In this document: in pieces, positions 14,701 to 28,904 of the stretch | How positions within the stretch are numbered: position 1 is the first letter of the stretch | How the letters are laid out: every line of letters starts with the position of its first letter | NCBI GenBank assembly: GCA_003344405.1 | Contig: NOWV01000002.1 | Span: 62,001 to 126,000 of the forward strand | Direction of reading: 5' to 3' | DNA length: 64,000 bases | Source of the DNA: Trichoplax sp. H2 | Lineage: Eukaryota | Made by a program: the position numbers and the translations under genes | The notes under the pieces: model-generated | What the model was told of the DNA's origin: nothing | Database searches by the model: none | What the model saw: only the letters and a program-made list of their open reading frames with translations

Positions 14701-17131
14701 GACGAAAGTAGGCGTACAGGACGATCATCGAGGTCTAAAAAAGGTTTTTACCTCATAATCGTCTGTCGCCTGTACCATGGATTACTCGATCTTACCGCGA
14801 AGATTTTGTAAAAAGCCCATGACTGATGGATGACTGCTGGTTACACAACTAAATTAAATTATGATTATTAAATGAAATGAATGACACTATCATCAATTTT
14901 AATATATCAATGGAAATGGATACTTGTGTACGGCGTTTCTTTACCAAAATGTCAATTGCAAATAACGTCGTACTCCAATACTACTAGCACATCACCAATT
15001 CACAATACTCAAGTATTGTTTTGGTATTGAGTGTCATTACATGGCAGACAAATATCATAAATTGAAGTATTCCATCAATAAAACAATGGCATCGATGGAT
15101 GGACCCGATGCACTATAGGAGATAGCACAAGAAAATAAACTATTTCCCTTACTCCAGTCACTTTTCTCCTGCTTACTCTTTTAACGTTATAGAAAAAAAA
15201 TTTACTAATGTTATTTCCCAACAATATCAATCAATGACTAAGGGTGATAAAGTAAGAGTGGCCCGATAACCCTTCGATAATACTCATATACGAATAATCC
15301 TCGAAAGAAAATAGCAAATACTGTTCACCGAGAAGCAAATTCTAAGTAAATCCCAAGAGCATTGTGTCGATAATTTTACTGCTATTGAATTATGCTTTGC
15401 CAGTAAAGTAATCTATGTTGCTATAATCAATATGGACCATTTCGGTAGTGACATAGTGCCGTATGAGTATAATTTTTCACTATTTTATGGGTAAACAAAA
15501 GATGGACGATACAACTATTCAACAGTCACCCGATCTGCAGCTATTTTCATGGTGCTATCACAGTAAAGTAATTAATTACGTTCCTGCTGTCGAGACTGAC
15601 AGTTTTGGTAAAGGCTTGTCACAGTAAGGCCTGTACACTTTTAGTTTTTTAGTTTCCCCTACCATTAAAAAAACGAAATGGACTATGCAATTATCTAATA
15701 ATCACGATTTCCTTTTTAGTTCTTATGTATTGCAGTTAGATTGTATATCGAATGAATTCATTATGAAGTCGCTTAGAGTAGTGATAGTATTCGCGTAAAT
15801 TGAACGACAGTTATGGAGTAAACTTCATCCGTCTGAGTTTACGATATATTAAATCAGAATGTTTATTAGTTTCACTGCTACTGGCACTCTTTATCATTAA
15901 ATTTTAGTCACTGCATGGCTGATCACATTCTCCTGGATGGCCATTCTCTTACAGTCTTAAAATTATTATTTACTTTATTCTGATTTTTGTGCGGTTGATG
16001 AGCTACTTTAGTAGAATTGTAAACCAATACTCTATCCCCAATCATCAATAAATGGATGCGAAAGTTAGAATTATAATAATACGATTAAATTGCAACTAAT
16101 TCTGACATTAATGCAATCTTGGGAATCATTTCGATATGGATAAGATGCATATACCGTACTTGTCCTTGCCGATACAATAGTATACTATAGATTTAAAGAT
16201 TTCTAGAACTCTCATTTCATCTACAAGAAAGTTATCAGAAACTGTTTTCCTAAAGGTTAAGAACCGACTACAATTGCCCATATCAAATATACGGACTGCT
16301 TAAAGAATGCATCGCTAATCTTCCATAATCCACTCAAATTTCAGCCTATCTACAGTTAATTGACTTCTTCGCATTGCTACATGCGTGTTAACGCTTTATC
16401 GTATTATAGTAAACTTTAATCAGAAACAGAAACAACTAATTTTTATAACTTAAAATTGTCATTTTTTATAATAAAAAAGACCGAGAGTAAAAATGAAACA
16501 ATATAGATGTTGCTATGAATTTAATCAGTGATACGTGAGACAATGGTAGATTTATGTATCCAATGTTAGAGCAAGTCCATCTTGATCGACACATATTTCA
16601 GATATATGGGCAATTAAAATCTATAACCTATAAACCTCACGCTATATGATCCAAACCCGATCAAACCAATAGTTATAACAGAGATATCATACTACATATA
16701 ACTATGTACAGGTAACTAAAATGAATAACATGATATAACAATGAAAGACAATTCTTAACATAACAGTTTAATTGAAAAGATATGACGTCTAATTAAGTTA
16801 TTATCTTGCACAAATATAGTCTTAAAATCATATACCAATCAAGTAGTGCTCGATTAGTCGACGATGCTATATATAATCTATTCTCCATATATGGCCTAAT
16901 AAATGCATTTATCTGCTGCTGGAACTTCAAATTTAAAAATTTGTTACTGTAGAAAATTTAAAGAGCGCTATTATGGGATACAATTTTGCAAATGTCATAT
17001 CATATAATTGTTAAAAAAATCTACGTCAAAGCTTTTATGTATTCTAACGTTATCAGCGGTAATTTAAAATCATTTAAACGCAAGAAGGAAGTATTCTATT
17101 GACTGATAGTGATGACTTTAGCAAGAGATGC

Positions 17132-20100
17132 TTAGCAATTTTCTTTATCACAAAGAGCCTGAGCAGTACTTAAAGGCCCTTTACTTAAAGTAACCTTTGA
17201 AATTTCTTGTAACTGCTTGATATACTTTTTGCATTGTTCAGTCTTAGCTGCCAACTCGCTCTTTTGTTTGCAAATTATCTAAATAAATATAGGATATAAC
17301 TTGTACGTTATACCATATTATGTATGATGATAATTTATGAGTAAAGGCTATTTTAGCAATCAAACTTTACCTCCTTGAGTTGATTGTTTTCCTTTTTAAC
17401 CGCAATATGGTGCTGGATTCTTTGTTTATAGTTTTGCTGACCAACAGATTTTTCGAGCTTCAAGGATAAAATTTCGTTCTTATTGGTAAGGTCGGTGATT
17501 GCCTGCATAAAATGATAATATTTCGTATATACGCCTATTGGAAAACTAATGCACACTCTAATTTCAGAAAATATCTACCTTTTCGGAGCGTGCGTTCTGC
17601 TCTCGGGTACTTTCTAGCTCTGATGTTACAGTTTGCAGTTGCTTGAAATATTTGGCTTCTAGAGATTCCGACCTAATGAATATAGTATGAGGAACTTTAC
17701 TGTAGCCAATAAAAAAGAGCACTTTAGATAATTAATCCTTATTCTTACCTTGATAACTTATCAAGCGTAGCTTTCAATTTAGCTTCGATATCGGTAGCAT
17801 TATCATTTGCTGTATTTAGTCTAAAGCATTTGAAGTATAGCACATGAATATATTACATCTCAAGGTTTTTCATAGATAATTTTCAACATGTACATCAATA
17901 ACCATTTCAACTAATACTTACGATTGTTGCAGTAAATTATTCTCTTTCAATGTATTATCCTATAACATACAATACAATACATATTTCCAGATATAGCATG
18001 ATACTTTACAGTCATTCTTATTTCAGATATTTACTTACTATTGTACGCTTCAAGTTTCCCACTTCAGTGACAGACTCTATAGATCGTGAATTAGCTTCTT
18101 GTAATTCTGACTGTAAAATTTGATATCTATAGTAGTAATACGAATTTTAATTATAGGCAATCACAATCTTTGAAGAATATTATACAGTAGCATCAATTTC
18201 ATTCTACTTTAAATAAATTATCAACAATAAACCTATGTGGGACGCATACTTATCATTCCACTCTGTTGTTTCGATCTCAAACTCCATTTCAAGTTTATTA
18301 TATTTATTCAATAGAACGTCGATGTCACATCGATTAGACAACTGTGCCTACATAGATGGTCAGATTTTTTCGTTTCAATTATAACAGAGTAGCAGTTATC
18401 AATCATGACGTTATCAATACATGTACCGATGGCGCTATTACATAGCAGAATTATCATCTTACTTTAAGAGATTGTATTTCTGAATTTTTCTCTTCACGAC
18501 CTCTTTCATACTCCTCTATTATTTTGGATAGAACCTGAAGCTTCTCTTTTAACGTTAATATTAATTAAGGACATTAACAATAAAAAGTAATGACAGTTAC
18601 TATACGCGTATAGATATCTAATTATTTCTGTACTCAATATAACGAACGGTGCAACTAAAGCTTCTTAAATAGCTAGGATATTGTTCGATCTCCAGCGTTA
18701 ATTTGCAAACATCGTTCGGATCTGCCTTCTTTGACATCTGATCAAAAAGAAAATTGTAATTTAAAAGTCTCATTATGCTTAAAACACGAAAGAAGCCAAG
18801 ATTGTGCACCAGTATGATTTGCTCGCGTTATAAATTACCTCATCCTGGAGATCTTCCAATCGTCTCCCGTAATCTTCTTTTAATTCATCTAATTGTTTCT
18901 TTCGAGATTTTAACTGAGTAGATTAAAATACGTTTATGCATGCAAAAATTAAGTGCCCTAGTTTATGATTACTTGAATGCCAAATAAAGATTCGTATAAA
19001 TAATATAAAGAAGTAAACATTTTTTTTGTACCTCAGTTTCTAGAGAGTCCAACTTATTAGTTAATGACTGTACTTGATCCTATTAATAGTGAAAGGTGCA
19101 GATTCTTTAACTTTAATACAATAACCAATCTCTTAAAGAATAATTTTTGATAAAATATTGTTGATTCTTTGAACCTGAGATGCAGCTAATTGTAGCGTTT
19201 GCTGATCCAATACAGCCGATAACGATTCATTGTCGTCCATTAAAGCTTCAACCTACAGGCGGAGTTATAAAACTTAGACCAAATTCAATTAGCTAGCAGA
19301 ATAAATCACAGTTTACATTATGATATAACCTCCAGTTGGTACGATGCTTCCATTTTAGCGTGCTTCTCCTCTAATTCAGTAACTTTGGAGCGCAACATTG
19401 TTATTAACTTATCCTTTTCGTTTATAAAGACAACGTTAGAATCTAATAGCATTCATCTAGTAATGAAATGTTTACATATGCATATCACAACACATTAAGC
19501 ACAAAGTCCTTAGGACTATTATTTTGCATACCTGTTCAGATTCGTACTTCTCAAATTCGGTAATTTGAGCTTTTGCTTCACTTAAATCGCTTTGCAAAGC
19601 TATCAATTGTTCCTAGGCAGAATAAAAGATGTGATAATTTTGTGCTGACTACATAACCTACATCCAAAGTAAAATATATAAGTATTACATCTTTCTCTGA
19701 TAGTTCTGTCTTTAAATCGCGCAGGGCCTGTAATAAACCCATTGTTTCGTTCTAAAAAATAGGACCAGAACATGAATATCTTTGTTTTTAACGTAAGCCA
19801 ATAGTGTAGAATTTAAAAAAGTATTAACCTTCTGTTCGGTCTCTTTCTTTTGTAACTTTGATATTTCAGAATTTCTTTCTTGTAACTCTTCTTCCATTTT
19901 CGATGTCTTATTTAATTGATCTTTATATTTCTCAGCTATTTCGCTAATTTCTACCTGCAAAGCAGTATTCTCGGATAGCTTTTCCTTAACAATTTCTGTG
20001 TTATCATTCTCCAATTGTATCTTTGCTAGCAATTGCGTGCTTATTTGTTTTTCATTATCGAGCATTGCCATTAGGTTTCCAATCTTTTCATCTAAAACTC

Positions 20101-23100
20101 TTTTAGCCTCAATTTCTACGGACAGTTGTTCCTCTAACTCGCCTGTCATATGCTTAGTAAACTGTAATTCTTCAGATACTGTTTCCAGTTCATCCTGTCC
20201 AATAACCAAAAAATTACCAAAATAGTCTTCTGACAATCAATAATGATAAAGAGAATAACCTGCAGCCTTTGCTTATCTTCCAAGATAGTCGATAGTTCAC
20301 TTTGCTTCGAAGACAGTTCTAGATCTGCACTTACAATTCTGGATTCCAACTTTGCAAGTTGACTAGAAATTTTATTTTTATCTTCCTCTTTTGTTCGTCG
20401 AAGTAAGTGATTTTCGGCACGAGCTTCCTCCAGATTAGACTCAAGTTTCATAATTTCGCCTTGAAAACCTAATATTAACGTTAAGCACTTTGTGAAACAT
20501 CGATAATTTGATAATCCATTATACTACAGTTATTGATTCACCAAGTACGAGTATGGAATAATTAGAAGCTAATCAGTTGATACTCAAACTCAAAAAATTA
20601 TTCAGTACCAACATATTGCAGTAGATGCAGCTACCTCGTAATTTCTCATTTCCTGCTTGGATGCCTGCACTAAGTTCTATCACTTTATCATTAAGTTCAG
20701 TCTCTATTGCATGATGCCTGTTAATTTCCTTCTCTAGATTCTGCGTTATAATTAAAATCAGTAAGCTATGAATATATATTTAAAACATTATTCACAATAA
20801 AATTTAATATTGATTTGTAAGAGATTTGCAGAATAACCTCTTCTTGAACCCGCTTTGCTTGGTCCAATTTGCAATTTTCTTGCCGGAGTTTCATAACAGT
20901 CATTTCGTAACTTTCTAGTTGTTGAACGCATTGCGTTAACTTTTTCTAAACAAGAAACACTGAAATGAGTACATAAATTTTATGATTATAAAACATGCAT
21001 GTTGTGTAATTATACGCCTACTTGTACTGTGCCTAACTCTTCTGTGAGTGCTTCTGCACGTTTTTCTGCTTCTAATAGTTCTAACTCTTTATCGGTGTTG
21101 ACATCAGTTGGTATCTGTGTATGCACAGGTAATGATGATAAAGTCTGTTGATCTTCTGAACTTCTCCTTATTCTACTGCTTTTCGGTGTTTCTGGAATAT
21201 TTTGACTCGTTGGTGTCCCAATAGACAATCGTATTGTCTTTCTCGTAGGCGTTGTGATAGTCTTAAGATGAGCAATAATCACACATTTATCTCATTTTTA
21301 GCTAGTTACACAGCATTCAGAATATGTCCAGTCATGTTTGTAGCACCTTAATAGTTTTTAAATGTAGGTCATTCAAAGCATTTCTTTCCATGTTTGTTTT
21401 TAAGCGTAAAGCTTTTATGGCATTCTAGGAGTAAGATATTAACGAATTCATCACGAACCAGCAATAAAATCTGATTTATATTTAAAGACCGTACCTCCAT
21501 TTCCTCTAGCATTTTCTTATTCGAAGTTAATTCCGTTTCATATTCTGCCATTTTTCTGTTAGATATTTCTTGTTGCTCGCTTGATTCAATCTTTACCTAT
21601 ATCACAACAAAATTTAGTAATGACCAAGGTAAAATAGCATGTATTGCTAGGTAATCACGAATATAATACAAGCTACATACCGCCTGTAGTTCGGATCGGA
21701 GGTCGTGGGCTAATTTCCGTAGGTGATCTATTTCTGCATTAACTTCATCTTTATTCACTTCAGTCTTAACTTCAACTCCTATTTAAAAGAAAAAGCTATA
21801 TTGTACTATATGCATGGCTTACTAGTACGGTTGGGTATATGATAAATAGGGAAGTATAAGGGTTTGTAATATGTAATCAATTAGAAGCATAGTATAAAAG
21901 AGGCAAGGTATTCATTTTATGCACCTGCATCGCCAGTAGCATTTCGAATTTTTCTCTCTAGTAATAATGTGTACTGGCGGATCTTGGTAAGCTCTGACGA
22001 TAAACTACTATCATTCGGTGTACGGCTCCGTAGCCTTTTTAGTTCCGCTGTAAAATTATATAAATTATTCATGGATAGACAAGATTATAGTTAACAATGG
22101 TATTAGCTTTTCGTTACCCCTTAAATCTAAATTTTCCGTGGCAAATCTAGTAACATCAGGATGATGTTCAATCTGATATCGAAGCTGTTCGATCTCCTTT
22201 TCCATCATCTCCTGCAGCACAATTTTAAATGAATTATCTTTATTAAATGTTCATAAAGATATCAGATATCAGTATCATCGATAATTATAATAAAATGAGT
22301 ACAAATATTCAAAGAGTCCACATTTTTGAGCTTTAAGTAATCTTTGAAGCCTTACAATTTTGCTTTCGATGTGTTCAGAGTTTAAGACACTTTCTTTGTT
22401 TGATTCTAGTTTCGCTATTAAATTGTCTCTGAATTTTAAAATCATCTTGGTACTCTATATAAACAATTAACAACAGCCTATCGTATTAAACTTTTATATT
22501 CCAGAATTTCTTAAAACTCTAACCATTTACAGACATTTTAATCCATTACCTGAAGCATTTTTTCCTTCTTTTGGCATAGTTCTCCATTTTTCGATAATTT
22601 ATCGGCAAGATACTTAGAGAATGAGGACATTCAGAATATGTTATAATTCTAAGATAGATCAGTTATGACATAACAATTAACAATAAGGAATAAGTAAGTT
22701 CTTTAAAACCTTCTTTTCCTGCTCAGCTTTATCGCGAATTTCCATAGCTGCTATACACATTGCCTGCCAATTGTCGCCGCTACTTCCAGTTGATAGTGTG
22801 CTGAGATCACTGGTAGAGAGAGCTAAAATACGGTATTCCAGTGTGTTACAATATGTATTATGGACACTTTCACCTTACCGTTATACACTTATACAGTACT
22901 ACTATAATTATGATAACAGAGGCATGATAAAATATGCTATCAATAGTTGAAGATGTCAATTACTAATGCAATCAAAAGAGAAAACCTTTAGCGCTGCTTA
23001 ATTCTTCCTTCAGCTGTCTGATTTCAGACTGTAACTGTTCAATGTTTCCCTGTGTATCTTCATTTACTACAGCCTTAAAAATTATACAAAAAGCAAATTA

Positions 23101-26071
23101 GAGAAAATTAGACAACTTTTAAATGACAAATTATGAATCAAGATTACCTTAGTTTTAATTAATTTCGCTTTTTTTGCAAAATTTAAGGTAGAAAACGTTT
23201 CACCAAAGCATCTGATTAATAACACAATTAAACAACATTAATCAAATAACCGACAGTTATGCAAGAGTTACAATTAACGACAGTTAATGCAAAGAATTAC
23301 TTTTTACTCGGATGGACGTTTGCAATCATAAAAGTTTTCGCATTGCCTCCAAGTGAATCCTTGTAAAATATAGTAAATAAGCAAATTGATAAAAATCTTA
23401 CAAGAAGTATACGTCAAAAATAATATTTCCCTATAATTACCCTCAGTAAGAAAGTTAACTTGGAATCTCTGTATGGAACATGACGAGCTCGTCCATGATC
23501 AATATTAACTAAAGCCATAATGGCATTTCCTAAGGCGGATAACGATTTATTGATGCTACCGGCTTCCTAATTGAGTATTTTACATTCATAACAGTTTAAT
23601 ATATTTTAAGATTAAAATCTTTTAGAACTATTAGTTGAACTTGCCTTTAGTCGAGCACCTGACGCTTGTGTATCTTTCTGCCTCTCAGAGCCAGCTAAAT
23701 CAACGAGATTTAACCGAGAAGTGCGGATATTTGTAACTTTTCCTTTTTTTTCCTTATTACGTAACAATAAGTAATATTCAGATTATATGATGTTAGTAAT
23801 AAAAATTATTTACCGTATTATTCAAAACATTACGTTTAAGTGACATACAGGAAGTATACAAAAATGTGCACAGAAAGTCTGTAGTTAAATACTTATTATT
23901 TACCTTTAATTCAACAGATAATGAAAAAACGGCATGGCTTCTGCTACTTTCGCGGTTCATCGAAGTAGAAGCAACACGTCGATTCTTTAAGCCAGTCATT
24001 AATTCCTGAATTTTACCAGAATGATCAATAACTTAGTAATATCAATTGTTTCATAAGTTTAATTTTATTAACGAGAATAGCATTTTACCTGATAAGCATC
24101 TCGAGCATTAGTTATATACCGTTCAGTGAGCCCATCCACATACACCCCCTTTCTGATATCTTCTCTGAGATGTTGATATGGTTAAAGAAATATGAATTCA
24201 TGTTTAAACTATAGCAAATGTGCAATACGTATTCTCCGAGAATGCAAACAGTACACTTAAATGCAGTACAGCAGTTTTTATTTTTATGTCGCAGATATGT
24301 AATCCGGAGGACGTTATGGATGTAACATCGAGTAAATCATATATTTGTTCGTTATAAATTTCCAGAAATGAGCATTTACATAAAAATTCTATATTGTCCC
24401 CATTCTATGTAGATATGTCAAGTAAAAAGAAGATGATAGACAGTTAGAAGATAGTATTCTTTCTGATTTAGCCAAAAAATACCTATAAAAGATTGCTTAG
24501 GACGTTTAAGTTAGCTATAACTCAAAACAATTACTCCTGAAATATGTACGTACTTTTTGTAATTCCCTATTTAGGAGATTAAATAAATACTCAAAACACC
24601 TAGGGGTAATACCACGTAATTGATGTGTTAAATTATCAGACTCTTCTGAAGGCCCTGCATTTATTGTCATTTGCAAGTCAATAATATTTAAAGAAAAGAT
24701 ATGAATATCGATGTCAATTTATGAAATTAATGGCTACATAAGAAGAGTATTTATTGTATGCTGCAATAAAAAAATATCGTTGATAAAGCCTACGTCTTAC
24801 ATACCAATCATGGTGAAAGTTTTACCAGATCCAGTTTGGCCACTGCACCAATAGCGTAATAAGTAGTAATTAAAATTAGAATTAAAGCATAAAGTTCAAC
24901 GTGTTATGTACTTGTATGTATCGGTGATAACATTATACGTACTATGCAAAAATTGTACCATTGTAGCCTGCCACACAGCTGTCTACTATTCCTTTTGCAA
25001 CAGAAGCAAAGATTTCCTCCTACGAGAATATTGGTTCCATTAGTAAAGTTATTGGGCAGAGCGGTTACAATGAACACTTTAAGCGATGATATAAATTCTA
25101 TATTGCAGACATTTTTCAGCTAGTTGATAATTTTTATTCTACTTATATAACATTAAATCATCAACATCGCTCAGTAAAATTAGCTCATTACCCATATGAC
25201 TGATCAACTGAGCTATTAAGGAACTCTTGAAAGTTTTGGCTTATGAATGTATGAAAGTAATGAGTTTCTAACTCTTAGCACTAATATCAATTGTATAGTA
25301 TACTGTATGTGGTGTCTTGCAAAGGTTCAGTAATATTATTACCTGGGTGGCAGCAATATCTGCTACATAATCATAGGTGAATATTTTATCATCTGGTTTA
25401 CTTTTAAGCAGCAATGAAGTGGTATTCTTAGCAGTAATGCAGCATTCCTTTTCGACACGATTAGTATCGATTCCTTCTGGTGGGCGTATCCGAACGCAAA
25501 CGTTAATTGTATCTTCTTCTCTATAGCCATACAAGGTTTTAACACGTTACATCAAACAGTGTAATTTTTCGTATGTGTATGGCTACTATTCTTGTTCACG
25601 ACCCTATGCTATACCATGGACTACCGTACTGTAAAGTGTAGGTACTCATTGATTTGTCGACGAACATTGTTACTTTAATTTTTTGAGTCAACTTTTCTAT
25701 CAACTGTACATTTAATAATAAAAGTTCTATCGCTAGCCCGCACAGTATCATACGCAAAACTTAATGTCCCTTTACTTGCAAGATTTCAATCGACGTTGTT
25801 GTCGACTCGTCTACAGTACTGTACTCAACAAGCTAAGTTGTACAACTCATCCAATCGGTATTTTGATATGATATATTAATTATCACGACAGAAGGATGAA
25901 TTGGTTAGGTTATGCTGTAATTAATCCTTAATTCATTAATAATTATAATTATTAGTCAATCAGCAGGTAAGGAAAGCATGCAAACGCTCGATTAACCAAA
26001 TATTTAGCATAGCACTGATCAATAATCAGTAAGATGACATGGATAACTTACCTTGAATTTTCTTTTGGCAT
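17132..26071 (-). CDS. KIF15: Kinesin-12 family motor KIF15-like, roughly 35-40 exons
   Basis: The N-terminus is [21 protein letters not shown]. The P-loop is [14 protein letters not shown] (~24805-24843), switch I is [11 protein letters not shown], switch II is [13 protein letters not shown], followed by [14 protein letters not shown] long coiled coil leads to the KIF15/HMMR-type C-terminal motif [26 protein letters not shown]. The stop TAA is at 17132-17134. Confidence 0.92.
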
Positions 26072-26599
26072 ATCTATCAAAAAGGACAAATTCACAATAA
26101 GGCCAAGTGTTGTTATCTTAGGAAATTAATTTACCCATTACTATTCAAGTTTACCCCGTTTGTATACTAAACTACTGTACTGTACACTGTACAATTTATG
26201 ATATTTTCACGTAAAAACACAGTAAACATTTGAATTTTGATCAATGCATCCCCTTTAATACCACACTATACTATTTTAAGTCTACTCTATGTTTGCTGAA
26301 GAGTATAGTATACGTGTAGAAATCATGTATAAACTACGAAGTTTATTTAAAATCTTCTGTAACGGATGCAAAGTTGATACCATTAACACCATTTTAATTT
26401 GCATCGCTTGATGAAAAATGACAAGACTACTGCTGCAAACGTATTGATTATTTCTGCATGATTTCATACCTGTCCTCTATCTATTCTACAAATTTAGGCA
26501 ATTAATAAACTTGAGAAAACGAAGAAAGCCTCCAGCCACTGATGTTGTTCAGTCTACCACGGGCTACAAAACGAGCCGCTACAGTGTCGCCAGTTCAAC

Positions 26600-27045
26600 C
26601 GTAGAATGAATCACTTCAAAGGTGACGTTCGCAACGTTACAACCTTGAATACAAAATTTCAATTAAAATTAAAGCCAGTTGGCTGGATCACTGCGCATTT
26701 ACAGTACTGTACGTTGCAAGGGGATGTAGCACAGCTGGTACACTCACAGTAAATAACGTACACTTTTTTAAATTTGGCGCTTTCTCCGTCTTCTGTCCTG
26801 TAGTCTGTACCGGTAGAGTACTATAGAGTGTAAAGTGCATTATACACAGTAGCTAGTTAGCACTGTACACTGTGCAGCACCGCTAACTGTGGACTAGTGG
26901 GTAAAATACTGCAGTGTAAATACTGTAATTTTGGCACGAGCACCGTGCAGCACGTACCGTACATTAATTAAAAGACAGCCGTCTACAGTACTGTACTGTA
27001 CAGTACAGTATTTTGCTGGAAAAGGTCTAATGTACTGTAGCCTGT
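26600..27045. promoter_or_regulatory. Putative KIF15 promoter with an E2F-like TTTGGCGC (26773-26780), CHR-like TTTAAA/TTTGAA, and a 22-bp CAGTA palindrome (26989-27010)
   Basis: The motifs are read directly from the sequence. They lie upstream of a probable non-coding first exon (minus-strand donor near 26469). Confidence 0.45.
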
Positions 27046-27048
27046 AGC

Positions 27049-27381
27049 TCCCTGTTTCAGATGACGACAGGCCTGGCTTGTCCTTGACAAGGTTTACATT
27101 TAAAATTCTGCATGCAAAATTTCCCTTTAGCGATCAGTGGATAGAATTTTTCAAGAGAATAATTATAGCCGTCGGTAGAAATATCATGTACTTATACAGC
27201 ATTAATACTGTAATGCTATAATACTGCTAGGTCCCTGATTCAGATGACGACGGGCCTGGCTTGTCCTTGACAAGGTTTACATTCAAAATTCCGCATGCAA
27301 AATTTCCCAAGAGAATAATTACAGCCATCGGTAGAAATATCACGTACTTATACGGCATTAATACTGTAATGCTATAATACT
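27049..27381. repeat. Tandem duplication, 2 copies (27049-27225 and 27232-27381; period 183 bp, second copy lacks ~26 bp)
   Basis: TCCCTG(T/A)TTCAGATGACGAC...GGCCTGGCTTGTCCTTGACAAGGTTTACATT...GCTATAATACT occurs twice with few substitutions. Confidence 0.92.
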
Positions 27382-27918
27382 AAGAAAAGAAGCTAAATAG
27401 TCTTTCTAGCAGCTAGTCTAAAAATAAAACTAATACAGAAAATTCTCTCATCCACGGATCATTTAACGTTCAATTACATACAGTATATTCATTAATAGTC
27501 AAGGACTTGCAGATGTTAAGCTTGCAGCATCTCGAGGGGGTCTTGAACAGTTATTGTCAGCAACAGAATATTACTTTTTAATGAACTTATCATTAATTTG
27601 AGCTGTATATTTACGCGTATAATACATTGTATCACAAACAGTTGTATGTACACTACATCCATATCCATATACAATTTTACGGTTTTATCATAGCAGAGGA
27701 CAAAATATCAGTCCTTGGTTACCTATCGCCCTATGCATGATATTCCAAATATTGAGAATCAGGCGTACATCATTTACAATTCTCTATCGCTTGATCATTG
27801 ATTGACGCAGTTGTGCTAATCCATTCTACCCTTTTATAGCCTACGCTATACGTATACTAATATTTATACAATGCAAGACAGCGACAGTCTATGTCATTAA
27901 TTCACATGGCAAATACAG

Positions 27919-28904
27919 TTATTCCTCCAAGCCTTCATCATCAAATGATAGCAATTTTGTATTCTTGACGCTCTTCATGTCACTCTTTTTAGATTTTCCA
28001 TCCGAGCTAGCCGAACTTTTCGTCGAAAATTTACTATTATTTCGTTCATTCGAATTTTCACTGCTCTTAGCTCTCTTTTTGAATACGTGTTTAGTCCCGG
28101 ACACCTCGCTTGTAGATTCATGCTCTTCGTCTATTTAATTATATTACATTTTAAATAAACAATCATATTGAAGCTTGTAGAATATGTATTTCATTATTCA
28201 AGTATTGCTCTATAACTATCAATATCCATTGCATTTTTTTAATGCGATTGCAACACATTAAAGTTACCAAGTAGATAGTCGATTACTGACTACTATACTG
28301 TACTGTGCAGTGTACACTGTGCATATAATATAGCACGTTTCGAGCAGTCTAAATTTGGACAAGATAATAACTGAATTAGTAAACCGCAAATCAGAAGACT
28401 GTACTTTTTACAGTCCCTGGTAGAGCACTGCTGAACTGATTGGAATTGTTCACCTACATCACGGTTATCAGATACGCGCAGATGGTATAGATAGCTTCAA
28501 CTTCGAGTAGAGTAGACAAGTAATGGACGTAAAATAGCACCAATATCCCTATTGACTGTACCGTATTTCACTAACTTCAAGGTAATAGTTTCATATGATC
28601 GATTGTATTTGCGTCTATGATCAATATAATCTATAATCATACCGTCATGTTGCCTTTTTTGAGAAAGTTGCTCCTTAAATCGATCGGCTTCATCACAAGT
28701 TACTTCCTTAGGATCAAAGACGACAACAGGCTGTTCGTCTTCTCGATCAATTTCATCTTGTAAATCTTCCAAAGTTGGTATATTCTTTTTAGTATTTATG
28801 GTCGGTTCATCGACATAATTTACTTTGTCTTTAAACTTCTGTATGAATTTAGGCACTTGAGGTTTGATATAATTTACGTCGCTTCGACGACCACGACCAG
28901 CCAT
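27919..28904 (-). CDS. KIAA1143: KIAA1143 homolog (DUF4604-type), 2 exons (28904-28643, 28130-27919)
   Basis: MAGRGRRSDVNYIKPQVPKFIQKFKDKVNYVDEPTINTKK...DREDEQPVVV...VKNTKLLSFDDEGLEE matches the KIAA1143 pattern (YVRPAEPAFLARFKERVGY...DEQPQVVV...IKNSSLLSF). The phase-1 GT-AG intron joins in frame. Confidence 0.88.

Noticed and set aside
19998..20225. Antisense ORFs over real exons (also 36649-36900, 42087-42281, 57693-57950, 58863-59129)
   Set aside because: They are shadow frames of genuine coding exons on the opposite strand.
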